From Gammaproteobacteria bacterium (lineage in GTDB: Bacteria; Pseudomonadota; Gammaproteobacteria; Steroidobacterales; Rariloculaceae): 64,000 bases of DNA. Below, in pieces: positions 28,244 through 38,023 of the stretch (position 1 is the stretch's first letter; the number at the start of each line of letters is the position of its first letter). The notes under the pieces are model-generated. The model was not told the origin of the DNA and did no database searches. It saw nothing but the letters and a program-made list of their open reading frames with translations. The stretch is taken from NCBI GenBank assembly GCA_022819855.1, contig JAJEGN010000004.1:47128-111127 (forward strand). Reading direction: 5' to 3'. Made by a program: the position numbers and the translations under genes.

Positions 28244-30595
28244 CTACTCCTCTCCCGGCTTCGACATCCGGTAACCGACGCCTCGCACGTTGAAGATCCA
28301 TCTGGGATCGGAGGCGCTGTCGCCGAGCTTGTCGCGCAGCTTCTTGACGAACGCGCGCACGGGATCGGTGTCCGCCGATTCGCGGACCCCCCACGCTTGG
28401 CGCAGCAGCGACTGGGAGGTCACCACGCGACCGGCGCTGACCGAGAGTATGCGCAGCAACTCGTACTCGGTCGCCGTAAGCGGCACGACGCGTTCGCCCA
28501 CGGTCACGCGGCGGCGCTCGTAGTCGATCGCGAGTTCCCCGTGCATGAACGGTTCGGCGCCCGAGTGGCTGCGCAGCGCCGCACCGACGCGTGCGACGAG
28601 CTCCGTGGGCGAGAACGGCTTCACGATGTAGTCTTTCGCGCCGCACTCGAACGCCCGCGCGATGGTCTCGTCGCGGCCGTAGCCGGAGATGAAGATCACG
28701 GGCAGATCGGAGAGCTCCGCCACCTGCGCCATCATCTCGATCCGGTCGGTGCCGGGCAACATCAGGTCAAGCAGCACGAGGCGCGGCTTCTCGGCGCGGA
28801 TGAGGCCCGCGACTTCGTCCGGGTCGCCTGTTTCCACCACGGCGTATCCCGCCTCTGCCAGCGCCTGACGCACCAGCCGCAGCGTCTGAGGGTCGTCGTC
28901 CACGACCAGAATCGGCGGCTTGTTCGCGCCCGCACTCGCTCGTTGGTCCCTTGGCGCGGGTCTCTTGCGCGCGAATGATCCGTCGACCACGGGCACCGTA
29001 AACGTGAACCGGGTTCCCTTGCCGAGTCCTGCGCTTTCGGCGCGTATGCGCCCGCCGTGCGCCTCGACCAGGCCCTTGCAGATTGCCAGTCCCAGTCCGC
29101 TCGGACCCATGCCGTCGGAAGTATCCCGGGGGCTCAGCGCCACGTGCTTGCGAAATAGCTGACCCAGCATCTCGGGCGGTACTCCGCGGCCTTCGTCACT
29201 CACGGACACCGCGACATGTCCGTTGTCGATTGCTGCCTCGATGCGGATGGGCGAAGACTCCGGCGAATGCCGTGCCGCATTGGACAGCAGGTTGTTGAGC
29301 ACCTGCACGATGCGTTCCGGATCGGCCATCACCGCCGGAAGGTCGCCCGGCAGCTCGATAAGCACGCGATGCCGCGCGCCGCCCGAGACGAAGGTACTCC
29401 TCGCGGCGTCCACCAGTGCGGAGACTTCCGAGGGCTCGGAGTCCACGGAGAGCATGCCTGCCTCGATCCGCCCGGCATCGAGCAGGTTGCGGACCAGCTT
29501 CTGCATGTGATCGGCCTGAGCGTCGACGATCCGGAAGAACTGCAGCATCTCCGCCCTCGGAAGGGTTGGAGAGGCGCCCAGGACGGCGGCGGTCGAGCCC
29601 TTGATCGAGGTCAGGGGCGCTCGAAGCTCGTGGCTGACCATCCCCAGAAACTCTGCCCGCTGTCGCTCAAGGACCTCAAGCGGTTCCAGGTCCTGCAGTG
29701 TCACCACCACCGAGACGACGTCTCCGTCCGCGTCGCTGATCGGCGTGACGTTGATGAGCGCACGCACGCTGCGCCCGTCCGGTACGGACAGCTCCACCTC
29801 CTCGGCGCGTCTCGTGCGGGCGTTGACCAGCACGCGCCTGAGGGAAAATCCCTCCAGCGCGAATTCGCTGCCGTCGGCGAAGCGGAAGGTCAGGGTCTTC
29901 AGCGCATCCTTCGGGGCGATGTCCGAGGTCAGCAGTCCCGACACGATACGGCGCGCCTCGCGGTTGAAGGACACCACCTGCCCGGTCCTCGCGTCGCACA
30001 CGGCCACGCCCACCGGCGAGGTCTCCACCAGCGCCTCGAGATCGGCACGGGCGCGCTGTTCCTTGCGGTGGGTCCGGGCGTTGAAGATCGCCGCGGCTGC
30101 TTGCGAGGCGAATAGCTCAAGGAGTTCCTCGTCCTCGGCGGTGAACTCCTCCGCGTCCGCCTTCTCGGCGAGGAAAAAGTTGCCGACCTGCTCGCCGCGG
30201 TGGCGCATCGGCATGGACTGCATCATCTTGGAGCGCATCAGTTCCGGGGAAAAGCCGCGCTCGTGCACGTAGTCGGGCAGGTCGGCAAGACGCAGCGGGC
30301 CCGGCAGATCCCGCAGGTGCGCGAAAAGCCGCGGGCCGTCGGACCATTCGGCGAACTGGCGCTTCTCGTCGGGAGTGAACCCGGAGGTCACGAAATCCCG
30401 AACGGTCCCCGTCTCGTCGATGGTCACGATCACCCCGTATCGCGCTCCGGTCAGGGCACGGGCGCTGTCGACAACCTCCTGAAGCACCGTCGCGAGATCC
30501 AGGCTCGCGCTGATGCGCAGGATCGCCGAGCACAGCGACGCATTCATTTCGCTGAGCGACTGCGCTTCGCGGTCGGTGTTCCCGGCGTTCGTCAT
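28244..30595 (-). CDS. Fused GAF-PAS histidine kinase / receiver / OmpR-type DNA-binding protein
   Basis: GAF, PAS (NREARRI), SHELRAPL, NLLSNAA, DEGRG, GLGLAIC, ILVVDDD...LLDLMLP...KPF, winged helix LTATEYELL...IFNVRGVGYR. Confidence 0.9.
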   Translation of the reverse strand: MTNAGNTDREAQSLSEMNASLCSAILRISASLDLATVLQEVVDSARALTGARYGVIVTIDETGTVRDFVTSGFTPDEKRQFAEWSDGPRLFAHLRDLPGPLRLADLPDYVHERGFSPELMRSKMMQSMPMRHRGEQVGNFFLAEKADAEEFTAEDEELLELFASQAAAAIFNARTHRKEQRARADLEALVETSPVGVAVCDARTGQVVSFNREARRIVSGLLTSDIAPKDALKTLTFRFADGSEFALEGFSLRRVLVNARTRRAEEVELSVPDGRSVRALINVTPISDADGDVVSVVVTLQDLEPLEVLERQRAEFLGMVSHELRAPLTSIKGSTAAVLGASPTLPRAEMLQFFRIVDAQADHMQKLVRNLLDAGRIEAGMLSVDSEPSEVSALVDAARSTFVSGGARHRVLIELPGDLPAVMADPERIVQVLNNLLSNAARHSPESSPIRIEAAIDNGHVAVSVSDEGRGVPPEMLGQLFRKHVALSPRDTSDGMGPSGLGLAICKGLVEAHGGRIRAESAGLGKGTRFTFTVPVVDGSFARKRPAPRDQRASAGANKPPILVVDDDPQTLRLVRQALAEAGYAVVETGDPDEVAGLIRAEKPRLVLLDLMLPGTDRIEMMAQVAELSDLPVIFISGYGRDETIARAFECGAKDYIVKPFSPTELVARVGAALRSHSGAEPFMHGELAIDYERRRVTVGERVVPLTATEYELLRILSVSAGRVVTSQSLLRQAWGVRESADTDPVRAFVKKLRDKLGDSASDPRWIFNVRGVGYRMSKPGEE

Positions 30596-30978
30596 GGACG
30601 TAATCCCTTCCCGGTACTGAACGAAACTCGTGGTGGTCGGGCGGCGTCAGGCCCCTTGAACCGTCTGATTGCCGCCGCGCGAACGACTCTAGCATTTGGT
30701 CCATCAAAATGCATGAAAAAACAACCAAACTCAGTCTTTTTAAAACACTAACAACACAAAAATTTGTTCACAATTCAATCGTAATCGCGAGTCGCCCATG
30801 CCTGGATTCGAAGGCGGCCAGGAGTTCGATACGGTGAATGCCTTTCCGGAGTCCCACACGAGCCAAAGTTCATGCGAGACGCGTCGTGGGTCCGCAACGA
30901 TGCCCGCCCCGTTTGGCTCGCGCCATCGTGCCGCACAAGTACGACATTGACCTCGCCGGCGCGGTTCGGGAACGGTCC

Positions 30979-31215
30979 ATGACTGCCGCACAACTCGCGG
31001 ACCAACTGCGCGATACCTACTTCAGCGCAATGGGGTCGGACGCAGGCGTTACCGTGGCAATCTGCCTGTTCGGTGTTGTGCACGCGAACGAGATACTTGC
31101 CAGTGAAGTAGGCATTCATCGCCTGTGTCGAATGGCCGGTATTCCGAATCTCGCCCCGACGGTGAATCTGGGAGTGAACCTCAAGGAATACATATCGATC
31201 ACGAAGGCGCCATGA
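30979..31215 (+). CDS. Small HTH-like hypothetical protein
   Basis: L...Y....VAICLFGVVHANEI...AGI......NLGVNLKEYI pattern; start uncertain (GTG 30928 possible). Confidence 0.6.
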   Translation: MTAAQLADQLRDTYFSAMGSDAGVTVAICLFGVVHANEILASEVGIHRLCRMAGIPNLAPTVNLGVNLKEYISITKAP

Positions 31216-31494
31216 TCGGTCAATGCCGGTGAAACTCCGCCTGCTCGCATGAGCGGGGGTGAAGTCGCTTTCCGCTGAAGGCTGCGCTCCGGTCAAGCCG
31301 AAGGCCGGTCGGAATCTGTAGCTTGTTCCTGCTCGAATCCGCAGCAACCGCGCCGCGCGCAAGAGCCGCCGGCGCCATGTCGAGATTATCGTCGATTCAT
31401 CGTAGAATAGATAACCAGTGAAATTTATTTTCAGGAGCGATAGCAGGTACTCCGTCTGACATCGGGCTCAGTTCCCGATGCGGCGCTCAGGATC

Positions 31495-32661
31495 ATGCGC
31501 GACGTTGTCATCATCGGTAGCGGCCAGACCCCGGTCACGAGAGGTCTGGGCCGTCGGGCGCAGGAGTTGGCTGCCGATGCAATCCAGGCCGCCGTGCTCG
31601 ATGCGGCAGTCCCCTCGCGCGATGTGTCGGCGCTTTACCTGGGCAACATGCTGGCCGGGATTCTCGAGCACCAGCAGCAACTGGCCGCGCATTGCGCCTG
31701 GTCGTCCGGCCTGAAGGGCATCGAGGCGCTGACCATCGAGGCCAGTTGCGGTTCCGGAGCCGGCGCGCTCCGGGCGGGGTTCATGGCAGTTGCGGGCGGC
31801 TTTCACGACATCGTCGTGGTTTGCGGCGCCGAGCAGATGTCCCACGCGCCGAACGAAGACGTGGCTCGGGCGCTCGCGACGGCGTCGGACTGGCCGGCGG
31901 AGGGCGGCCGCGGACGATCTTTCGTTGCCCTGAACGCGAGCCTGATGCGCCGCTACGCGGAAGCGCACGATCTGAATGGCGCCTCCTTCGCACCGTTCTC
32001 CATCACCGCCCACAGGAACGGAGTCCATAACCCGAACGCGCTGCTGCAACGCGGGCTCGACATCTCCGGATATCTCAACTCGCGGATACTCGTGGAACCG
32101 ATGCGCATGATGGACGCGCCGCCGATATGCGACGGCGCCGCCGCTGTTGTCCTGGCCGACGGCAAGACCGCAGCCGCGCTGCACTCATCCCTGCCGCGCG
32201 TCAGAATTCGGGCTTCCGCGGTCGCGACCGACGCCGTCGGCGTCGGCGAGCGGCTGCGCACCGTCAGACTCCCGGCCGCGGAGCGGTCGAGCCGCGAGGC
32301 TTACGAGCAGGCCGGCATGGCTCCCGAGCACATCGATCTCTTCGAGCTGCACGATGCTTTCACCGTCGTTACGGCATTGAGCCTCGAGTCGGCCGGTTTC
32401 TCGCCCCGCGGGGAGGCCACCCGAATCGCGGCCGACGGCGAACTCGACATCGGCGGCCGCCTGCCGATCGCGACGATGGGCGGACTCAAGGCCCGCGGCC
32501 ATCCGGTCGGCGCGACCGGCGTGTACCAGGTGGTCGACGCGGCGCAGCAGCTCATGGGGCTCGGCGAAGACAACCAGGTCGCGAACGCCGAAGTTGCGAT
32601 GGCGCAGAACATCGGCGGCAGCGGGGCGACCGTCGTCACGCACATCCTGACCCAGGCATAG
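31495..32661 (+). CDS. SCP2-type thiolase domain protein
   Basis: EASCGSG, PICDGAAAVVL, FELHDAF, GGLKARGHPVGATG, QNIGG. Confidence 0.9.
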   Translation: MRDVVIIGSGQTPVTRGLGRRAQELAADAIQAAVLDAAVPSRDVSALYLGNMLAGILEHQQQLAAHCAWSSGLKGIEALTIEASCGSGAGALRAGFMAVAGGFHDIVVVCGAEQMSHAPNEDVARALATASDWPAEGGRGRSFVALNASLMRRYAEAHDLNGASFAPFSITAHRNGVHNPNALLQRGLDISGYLNSRILVEPMRMMDAPPICDGAAAVVLADGKTAAALHSSLPRVRIRASAVATDAVGVGERLRTVRLPAAERSSREAYEQAGMAPEHIDLFELHDAFTVVTALSLESAGFSPRGEATRIAADGELDIGGRLPIATMGGLKARGHPVGATGVYQVVDAAQQLMGLGEDNQVANAEVAMAQNIGGSGATVVTHILTQA

Positions 32662-32874
32662 GCCCAGGCCCAACCCCCCCCGCGCCACTCAGTTGCGGCG
32701 CCAGGATTGCCGCCCGAGGACCGGGTCGATGCGCCTGCGCCTGCTGCGGCGCGGCCAGGCCGGGACCCTTCGCGATCGGCTCACGCCGCGAATGGCGCAT
32801 CGCCGTCGCTTCCGTCATTCTGCCCGCTTAACATCTCCCGTAACCACAACGCACTCGGATTGCGGAGGAGTGAC

Positions 32875-34017
32875 ATGCAGGAAGACACGGACGGCCGAGC
32901 GGTCGGCAACCGGCCTGGCTACCGCACATGGATTCTTGCGGTGTTCGCACTGGGGCTGGCTGCCGTCTCCGTTCTTGGGGTGCTCGACGAGTTCGGGCAG
33001 GGTTTCGTTGCCGATACGATGGCTGAGTCCATCCGCATACTGCTCGTCTCGATGGGTTTCGATGCCGGTATTTCGGCGCTGCAGGAGCTGCCCATCGTCG
33101 GCGGGGGACTCGACCCGATCAACGACGCCGTTGAACGACTCTCCACGGTCATCGTCTGGGCGATCGGTTCGCTGCTGCTTCAGCGTACCGCGCTCGAGCT
33201 CGTGTCGAGCGCCGCCTTCCAATGGGGTTTCGTCGCGCTCTGCGTGGTCGCGGTACCGCTCCTGGTGCTGCTCGAACGACGAAGATCAGGAAGCGGATCG
33301 ACCGCCGGAACGGACCGCTACCGAGGCTGGATCGTGCGAATCCTCGTCGTCGCCGCGATCGTGCGTTTCCTTGTCCCCGCGTTTCTGGCTGTCAGCGCCA
33401 CGGTGAGCAACGTCGTGTTGCAGCCGGAGATCGACGAGCACAGCGCAAACCTGGCGGCCCTGTCTGCCGAGATTTTCGGAAGTGAAGAAGCCATCCCGGA
33501 CGAGCAGGCGATCCCGGGCGAGCAGGAGAACGGGGATACGGGCGCCGATCGGCAGAACGCGGCGGCGCCCGTTGACGGGGAAGCTCCGGAGGCGGCGTCA
33601 GGCGACGGAGAGGACGTGGAGCCCGTGCCCGGAGACGGGGACGCTGCGCAAGCCGGGCCCGCGGACCCGGACGTCGCGGAGCCGGAGTCCACGGAACAGA
33701 CAGGTTTCCTGGGTGGCCTCATCGGCGGCTTGTCGGCGGCTCAGGATGCCGCCATCGACATCCTGTCGGGCGTGAGCCTGCCCGAAGTGCCCGATGCCAT
33801 CCTGCCGGAAATGCCCGATCTGGCAGCCGTTCAGGCGATGGCCGAGGAAGGAGTGCAGCTCCTGACCCGCCTCCTCGTGGCGATTGCAATCAAGAACATC
33901 GCGTTGCCGCTGGTGTTCCTGTGGATCGCCGTCAAGGCCGCAGTGCCCCTGGCGAGGTGGCTGATCGGACTGGGCACATTCGATGGGCGCGAATCGCGAG
34001 AGCTCACGACCGGTTGA
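32875..34017 (+). CDS. Hypothetical membrane protein with acidic low-complexity insert
   Basis: GGAGGAG RBS; several TM helices, LDPINDAVERLS; E/D/A/P-rich middle region. Confidence 0.75.
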   Translation: MQEDTDGRAVGNRPGYRTWILAVFALGLAAVSVLGVLDEFGQGFVADTMAESIRILLVSMGFDAGISALQELPIVGGGLDPINDAVERLSTVIVWAIGSLLLQRTALELVSSAAFQWGFVALCVVAVPLLVLLERRRSGSGSTAGTDRYRGWIVRILVVAAIVRFLVPAFLAVSATVSNVVLQPEIDEHSANLAALSAEIFGSEEAIPDEQAIPGEQENGDTGADRQNAAAPVDGEAPEAASGDGEDVEPVPGDGDAAQAGPADPDVAEPESTEQTGFLGGLIGGLSAAQDAAIDILSGVSLPEVPDAILPEMPDLAAVQAMAEEGVQLLTRLLVAIAIKNIALPLVFLWIAVKAAVPLARWLIGLGTFDGRESRELTTG

Positions 34018-34108
34018 ACTCGGCGAGCAGATCGTCGGGCAGCGGTTCGAAGAAGCTGGCGGGAATCTCCATGCCCCGGCCTGTCCCGACCGGACGGATG
34101 CCGACCGA
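34004..34108 (-). pseudogene. Relic C-terminus of a type II (Phd/YefM-like) antitoxin
   Basis: Reads SVGIRPVGTGRGMEIPASFFEPLPDDLLAEFNRS*, with no N-terminal domain; abuts the gpmA stop in a different frame. Confidence 0.55.
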
Positions 34109-34110
34109 TC

Positions 34111-34872
34111 TCAGGCGTTGGCCTGCGCAGCAACGGCTGCCGCCGCCGCGGCGATCGCGTCGGCGTCGCCGAGATACTCCGCGCGCACGGGCTCAAGCGC
34201 AGCGTCGAACTCGTAGATCCTCGGTGCGCCCGTCGGGATGTTGAACTCGGTGATGTCGGCATCCGACACGCCCTCGAGCATCTTGACGAGCGCCCTGAGG
34301 CTGTTGCCGTGGGCGGCGATCAGCACGTTGCGGCCCTGCTCGAGTTCCGGAACGATGCGCTCCTCCCAGCAGGGATGCACGCGTACGAGCGTGGTCTTCA
34401 GGGACTCCGTCGCGGGCAGCGCGTTCGCCGCGATGTTGCGGTAACGCGCGTCATGACGTGGGTGGCGCGGATCGTCGGCCGTGAGCGGCGGAGGCGGAAT
34501 GTCGTAGCTGCGGCGCCAGATCCTGACCTGTTCGGCGCCGAACTTCGCAGTCGTTTCCGCCTTGTTCAGTCCCTGCAGGTCGCCGTAGTGGCGTTCGTTG
34601 AGCCTCCAGTCCCGCACGACCGGAATCCACATGAGTTGCATCTCGTCGAGAATCAGCCAGAGCGTGCGGATCGCGCGTACCAGGACCGACGTGAAGGCGA
34701 TGTCGAAATCCAGCCCTTCGGCCTGCAGCGTCGCCGCGGCCTCGCGGGCTTCGGCGACGCCCTGTTCGGTCAGGTCGACGTCGGTCCAGCCGGTGAAGAG
34801 ATTCTGCAGGTTCCACTCGCTTTGCCCGTGGCGGACCATGACGAGCTTGCCGGGCCGTGATGCAGTGTTCAT
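34111..34872 (-). CDS. gpmA: 2,3-bisphosphoglycerate-dependent phosphoglycerate mutase
   Basis: [36 protein letters not shown]. Confidence 0.96.
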   Translation of the reverse strand: MNTASRPGKLVMVRHGQSEWNLQNLFTGWTDVDLTEQGVAEAREAAATLQAEGLDFDIAFTSVLVRAIRTLWLILDEMQLMWIPVVRDWRLNERHYGDLQGLNKAETTAKFGAEQVRIWRRSYDIPPPPLTADDPRHPRHDARYRNIAANALPATESLKTTLVRVHPCWEERIVPELEQGRNVLIAAHGNSLRALVKMLEGVSDADITEFNIPTGAPRIYEFDAALEPVRAEYLGDADAIAAAAAAVAAQANA

Positions 34873-34985
34873 GGCGCGCTATTGTTTGCGCTCGGAGCGC
34901 ATGGTACAAGCCCGGAGCGACTGCAGTATCGCCGGTCGCGGTTAATATACCGGCTCGCATGTGGCCGAGCAGCCTCGGAGACGCC

Positions 34986-35846
34986 ATGACCACGAAAACG
35001 AGCAAACGCAAGCCCAGGCCCGATATCGGCGCAGGCCTCGCGCCGGCTGCGCAGGTTCACTACGAGGACTACCTGCAGCTCGACAAGGTGCTGAGCGCCC
35101 AGGAGCCCGTCGGCGACCCGTCTCGCCACGACGAGATGCTCTTCATCATCCAGCACCAGGTCGCCGAGCTCTGGTTCAAGCTCGCGCTGCACGAGCTCGA
35201 TGCCGCCATCGACTGCCTGCAGAAGGACGAGATCGCGCGCAGCATCAAGGTCGTGAAGCGCCTGAAGCAGGTGCAGTACCAGCTCATCTCGCAGTGGTCG
35301 GTGCTCGCAACGCTGACGCCGAGCGAGTACGCGGAATTCCGCAACGTCCTCGGCACCGCTTCCGGCATCCAGTCGCCGCAATACCGCGTGCTCGAGTTCA
35401 AGTTCGGCAACAAGGACAAGAGCCTGTTGCCCTTGTACCGGTACAAGCTCAGGCACTACCGCACGCTCAAGACCGCCCTGGAGAACCCGAGTTTTTACGA
35501 TGAATTCCTGCGCTATTTGTACCGGGTCGGGCACCGCGTGCCGCTCGAGTGCGTCGAGCGCGACTGGACGGAGCCGTACAAGCTGCATGCGGGCGTCGTC
35601 GACGTGCTCAAGATCATCTACGAGCGTCCCGACGAATACTGGGCGGCCTACGAGCTCTGCGAGAACCTGGTCGACGTGGAGACGAACTTCCAGGCCTGGC
35701 GCTTCCACCACATCAAGACGGTGGAGCGCATCATCGGCTTCAAGACCGGGACCGGCGGGACGTCCGGCGTGCCGTTCCTCAAAAGGACGCTCGATACCGC
35801 GTTCTTTCCGGAGCTTGCTGCTGTTCGTACGAAGATCGGCGAATAG
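34986..35846 (+). CDS. kynA: Tryptophan 2,3-dioxygenase
   Basis: YLQLDKVL, HDEMLFIIQHQ, ASGIQS.QYR, WRFHH..TVERIIG.K.GTGGTSG. Confidence 0.95.
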   Translation: MTTKTSKRKPRPDIGAGLAPAAQVHYEDYLQLDKVLSAQEPVGDPSRHDEMLFIIQHQVAELWFKLALHELDAAIDCLQKDEIARSIKVVKRLKQVQYQLISQWSVLATLTPSEYAEFRNVLGTASGIQSPQYRVLEFKFGNKDKSLLPLYRYKLRHYRTLKTALENPSFYDEFLRYLYRVGHRVPLECVERDWTEPYKLHAGVVDVLKIIYERPDEYWAAYELCENLVDVETNFQAWRFHHIKTVERIIGFKTGTGGTSGVPFLKRTLDTAFFPELAAVRTKIGE

Positions 35847-35922
35847 GACGGCGCGGCGTCGATACCCGCGGGCCTGTCCGCGACCGGTCGCGTGAGCGGA
35901 CTTCCTGCGCATTGGTTTCAGG

Positions 35923-36031
35923 GCCGGATTCACGCCTGAAGTTCCGGCCTACGGGCCTTGCGGGACCGGCCGCATGAGCACGACGTTCCCGCAACGGTTG
36001 CAGCGCCGGCTTCAGGCCTGAAGCTCCGGCC
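35923..36031. repeat. Diverged direct repeat of the acetoacetate-CoA ligase 3' end (period 82)
   Basis: 35923-35949 vs 36005-36031; both copies encode RPELQA* on the minus strand. Confidence 0.8.
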
Positions 36032-37955
36032 GATTCCTGAACCCGTCGAGTGCCTCGGGATTGGCGAGCGCTTCGGCGTTGGCGATCTCGCGTCCGTGGA
36101 TGACGTCGCGCACCGCGAGTTCCACGATCTTGCCGCTGCGAGTGCGCGGTATGTCGTCGACGGCCAGGATCTTCGCCGGTACATGGCGGGGCGAGGCGTC
36201 TACGCGGATCGCCTGCCGGATGCGCTGCTCGAGGTCCGAATCGAGGGTGCAATCCTCGCGCAGGAGCACGAACAGCACGACGCGCGTGTCATCCTCCCAC
36301 GCCTGACCGACGACGATGCTCTCGGCGACCTCCGGCAGCTCTTCGACGACCCGGTAGATCTCCGACGTGCCGATGCGCACGCCGCCGGGGTTGAGCACGG
36401 CGTCGGAGCGGCCGTGCATGACGATCCCGTCGTGCGCGGTGAGTTCCGCGTAGTCGCCGTGCCACCAGACGCCCGGGAAGCGCTCGAAATAGGTCGCGCG
36501 GTACCTGCGCTCGTCCGGATCGTTCCAGAAGCCGAGCGGCAGCGCGGGAAACGGCGCCGTGCAGACGAGCTCGCCCTTCTCGCCGACGACCGGTTCGCCC
36601 GCGTCGTCGAAGATGCTGACCTTCATGCCGAGGCCGCGCGACTGCAGTTGCCCGCGGTACACGGGCAGGAGCGGATTGCCGAGCGCGAAGCAGGACACGA
36701 TGTCGGTGCCGCCGGTAATCGATGCCAGTTGCACGTCGTCCCTGATCCCGGAGTAGACGTAGTCGAAGCTTGCGGGGGCGAGCGGGGAACCCGTCGACAG
36801 AATCGTCCGGAGCGCGCCGAGATCGACGTGATCGCGCGGCTTGTAGCCGGTTTTTTCAAGTGCGCTCAGATACTTGGCGCTCGTCCCGAACACCGATATC
36901 GATTCGCCCGCGGCCAGTTGCCAGAGCACGCCCGGATCGGGATACAGCGGTGCGCCGTCGTAGAGCACGACGGTCGCGCCGGAAGCGAGCGTCGACAGCA
37001 GCCAGTTCCACATCATCCAGCCGCAGGTCGTGAAGTAGAACACGACGTCGCCGGGCCGGACGTCGGTATGCAGGACGTGTTCCTTGCGGTGTTGCAGCAA
37101 GGTGCCGCCGGCGCTGTGGACGATGCACTTCGGGACGCCCGTGGTCCCCGACGAATACAGGATGCTGAGCGGGTGCGCGAACGGCAGCGGCTCGAAGCGA
37201 AGTTCGGCATCCGACTGCGAGATGTCGGCGAAGCGAAGCGCGCCCGGGATGGAGCGCAGATCCGGCGTTTCTTCCCGGTAGGCCGTGACGATGACCGCCT
37301 CGAGCCCGTCAAGCGCCGCGGCGATTTCGGCGACGGCCCCGCGGCAGTCGATGCTCTTGCCGTTGTAGAAATAGCCGTCGACGGCGAACAGAACCTTTGG
37401 CGCGATCTGACCGAAGCGGTCGAGCACGCCGCGCAGGCCGAAGTCCGGGGAGCACGACGACCACACGGCGCCGATGCTTGCGGCAGCAAGCGCCGCGACC
37501 ACGGTCTCCGGACGGTTCGGCAGGAGCGCCGCAACGCGGTCGCCGGGTCCGACGCCGAAGCCGCGCAACGCTTCGGCGACGCTTGCGACCTGGCGGCGCA
37601 GTTCCGGCCAGCTCAGCGTGAGGCGTTCGCCGCGCTCGTTGGCGAAGACAAGCGCGACGCCCTGTTGCCCGTGGCCGAGCAGATTCTCCGCGTAGTTGAG
37701 CAGTGCGCCGTCGAACCAGCGGGCGCCCGGCATCCGGTCGAAGTCCTCGACGACGCTGCGCCAGGGCGCATCGGCGCGGATCCCGCAGAAGTCCCAGACC
37801 GCGGCCCAGAACTCGTCGGGTCGCTCGACGCTCCAGCGATGCAGCGCCGCGTAGTCGAGGGCGTCGAGGCGGTCGGCGTTCCCGAGCATGAAGCGGTGCA
37901 TGCTGCTCGCGGCAACGCGATCCTCGCCGGGTGTCCAGATCGGCTCGTCCTTCAC
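36012..37955 (-). CDS. Acetoacetate--CoA ligase
   Basis: [60 protein letters not shown]. Confidence 0.95.
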   Translation of the reverse strand: MKDEPIWTPGEDRVAASSMHRFMLGNADRLDALDYAALHRWSVERPDEFWAAVWDFCGIRADAPWRSVVEDFDRMPGARWFDGALLNYAENLLGHGQQGVALVFANERGERLTLSWPELRRQVASVAEALRGFGVGPGDRVAALLPNRPETVVAALAAASIGAVWSSCSPDFGLRGVLDRFGQIAPKVLFAVDGYFYNGKSIDCRGAVAEIAAALDGLEAVIVTAYREETPDLRSIPGALRFADISQSDAELRFEPLPFAHPLSILYSSGTTGVPKCIVHSAGGTLLQHRKEHVLHTDVRPGDVVFYFTTCGWMMWNWLLSTLASGATVVLYDGAPLYPDPGVLWQLAAGESISVFGTSAKYLSALEKTGYKPRDHVDLGALRTILSTGSPLAPASFDYVYSGIRDDVQLASITGGTDIVSCFALGNPLLPVYRGQLQSRGLGMKVSIFDDAGEPVVGEKGELVCTAPFPALPLGFWNDPDERRYRATYFERFPGVWWHGDYAELTAHDGIVMHGRSDAVLNPGGVRIGTSEIYRVVEELPEVAESIVVGQAWEDDTRVVLFVLLREDCTLDSDLEQRIRQAIRVDASPRHVPAKILAVDDIPRTRSGKIVELAVRDVIHGREIANAEALANPEALDGFRNRPELQA

Positions 37956-38023
37956 GGTTCGCTTGTCCCGTTGTCCGCGTGTTGGGATCCGTCCTTCACG
38001 GTTCGCCTGCGTCGTTGTCCGCG
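37946..38023. repeat. 44-bp-period tandem duplication of the acyltransferase/ligase gene junction
   Basis: CGTCCTTCACGGTTCGC (37946 and 37990) and CGTTGTCCGCG (37969 and 38013) are identical between the copies. Confidence 0.9.

Noticed and set aside
30650-30676. Hairpin upstream of the fused kinase as a riboswitch
   Set aside because: A stem is present, but I see no recognisable riboswitch consensus; it would need an Rfam/Infernal search.
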